Below, in pieces: positions 62,765 to 64,000 of a DNA stretch of 64,000 bases (positions within the stretch are counted from its first letter, which is position 1; every line of letters starts with the position of its first letter). Below the pieces are notes generated by a model that saw only the letters and a list, made by a program, of their open reading frames with translations, was not told the DNA's origin and searched no databases. Both the position numbers and the translations under genes were made by a program. Source of the DNA: Octopus sinensis (Eukaryota). The stretch lies in contig NC_043000.1 in NCBI RefSeq assembly GCF_006345805.1, forward strand, positions 20,460,001 through 20,524,000. Reading direction: 5' to 3'.

Positions 62765-62970
62765 ATTTCTTAACTACCCACAAGGGGCTAAACACAGAGA
62801 GGACAAACAAGGACAGACAAACAGATAAAGTCGATTATATATCGACCCCAGTGTGTAAGTGGTACTTATTTAATCGACCCCAAAAGGATGAAAGGCAAAG
62901 TCGACCTCGGCAGAATTTGAACTCAGAACGTAGCGACAGACGAAATACTGCTAAGCATTTCACCCGGTGT
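62765..62970 (-). mobile_element. SINE family B
   Basis: Family match including 3' tail. Confidence 0.85.
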
Positions 62971-64000
62971 GTGGCTCAGAGATCAGCATATTCAACTCAC
63001 AATTGTAAAGTTGTGAGTTCAATTCACAGTGGTAAACTGTGTCCTTGAGCCAGACACTTTATTTCATCACATAACTCCCGTCCACTCAGCTGGCAAAAAT
63101 ATGTTGTACTTGTAATTCAAAGGGCCCAGCCTTGTCACATTCTGTGTCATGTTGCATCTCCCTGAGAACTACATTAAACGCAAGCATTTCTGTGGAGTGC
63201 TCAGTCACTTGCACATTAATTTCATGAGCAAGCTGTTCAGTTAATCAAATTAACTGAAATGCTCATTATTGTAACCAATGGAAATCCAGGCCACCTTTGA
63301 CCTAGGCCTAGTCTGTCAAGAATCACCTAGGTCTAAACAATATCATCAAGGATAGACTGGATATTTAATCATAGCCAACATATCTGCTCATTATATCAGA
63401 TATACATAACCCTTTATTTTTTTCTTCATTTCATTAATAACTAACTCTTAAAGCTATTAAATTCATTGCATCACAGTTGTCAGAATATTTTATGATTATT
63501 CCTTTCTCGACCCACTCTATCCTTTACAGCACCAGGAACATGCATAAATATCAATTAATAAAAACAGGCCTCCATAAAATCATTAGCTTCTTTGTTTATA
63601 ATTGTTGTTGGTGTTGTTGTTGTTTTAAAATAATTCTCTAAAAATGGGGAATAAAATTTTCCAAATCATCAGATTTGAATTATATCTCTTTTTTTTAATT
63701 TGCATAATGAACTCAAATTTCAGTATTGGTAAATTGAATGGTAGAATTCTCTTGAGGCTAGTGTTTGAATGTTGTCAAAAAAAAAATCTCTTGTTGTATT
63801 AAAACAAACACTAAAAAGCACAAAAATATGGTAAAATGGAATGATCAAATGCTGCTGATTTATGAAAATAAAAGGAATCAAAGAGAAATTCGCATATTGA
63901 AATATTTGTAAATTATCTGTGAAACTGTTGCAAAAGTTAGAAATAAAAAGAAAAAAACACTGATGATAGGCGCAAGTATGGCTGTGTGGTTAAGATGCTT

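Overview
AT-rich, repeat-dense animal genomic DNA. It is most likely from an octopus, inferred only from remembered repeat families and not verified by search. I could not identify any host protein-coding gene; nearly all ORFs in the supplied track are microsatellite or transposon artefacts. Recognisable content: (1) a young CR1-clade LINE (2.4-4.7 kb) inserted in one arm of a large fold-back inverted duplication at the window start; (2) a Tx1/L1-clade LINE (10.5-14.6 kb) whose ORF2 is complete except for one frameshift; (3) Penelope-like element (PLE) fragments with GIY-YIG ORFs (28 kb, 45.5 kb) and several hammerhead-ribozyme (HHR) motifs; (4) RTE, CR1 and R4/Dong remnants, Tc1/mariner, hAT and piggyBac-like relics, and non-autonomous Helitrons; (5) about 30 copies of three tRNA-derived SINE families (called A, B, C here); (6) many 150-400 bp near-perfect palindromes. 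Best leads: the Tx1 LINE shares its last ~35 nt with SINE family B (candidate LINE-SINE partnership), and the 28-kb PLE ends in a hammerhead with a compensatory U3-A8 core. CpG decay increases beyond ~23-26 kb, and strong plus-strand splice signals at 16-20 kb and 42-44 kb suggest much of the window is intronic to an unidentified gene. Most repeat boundaries are approximate (tens of bp).
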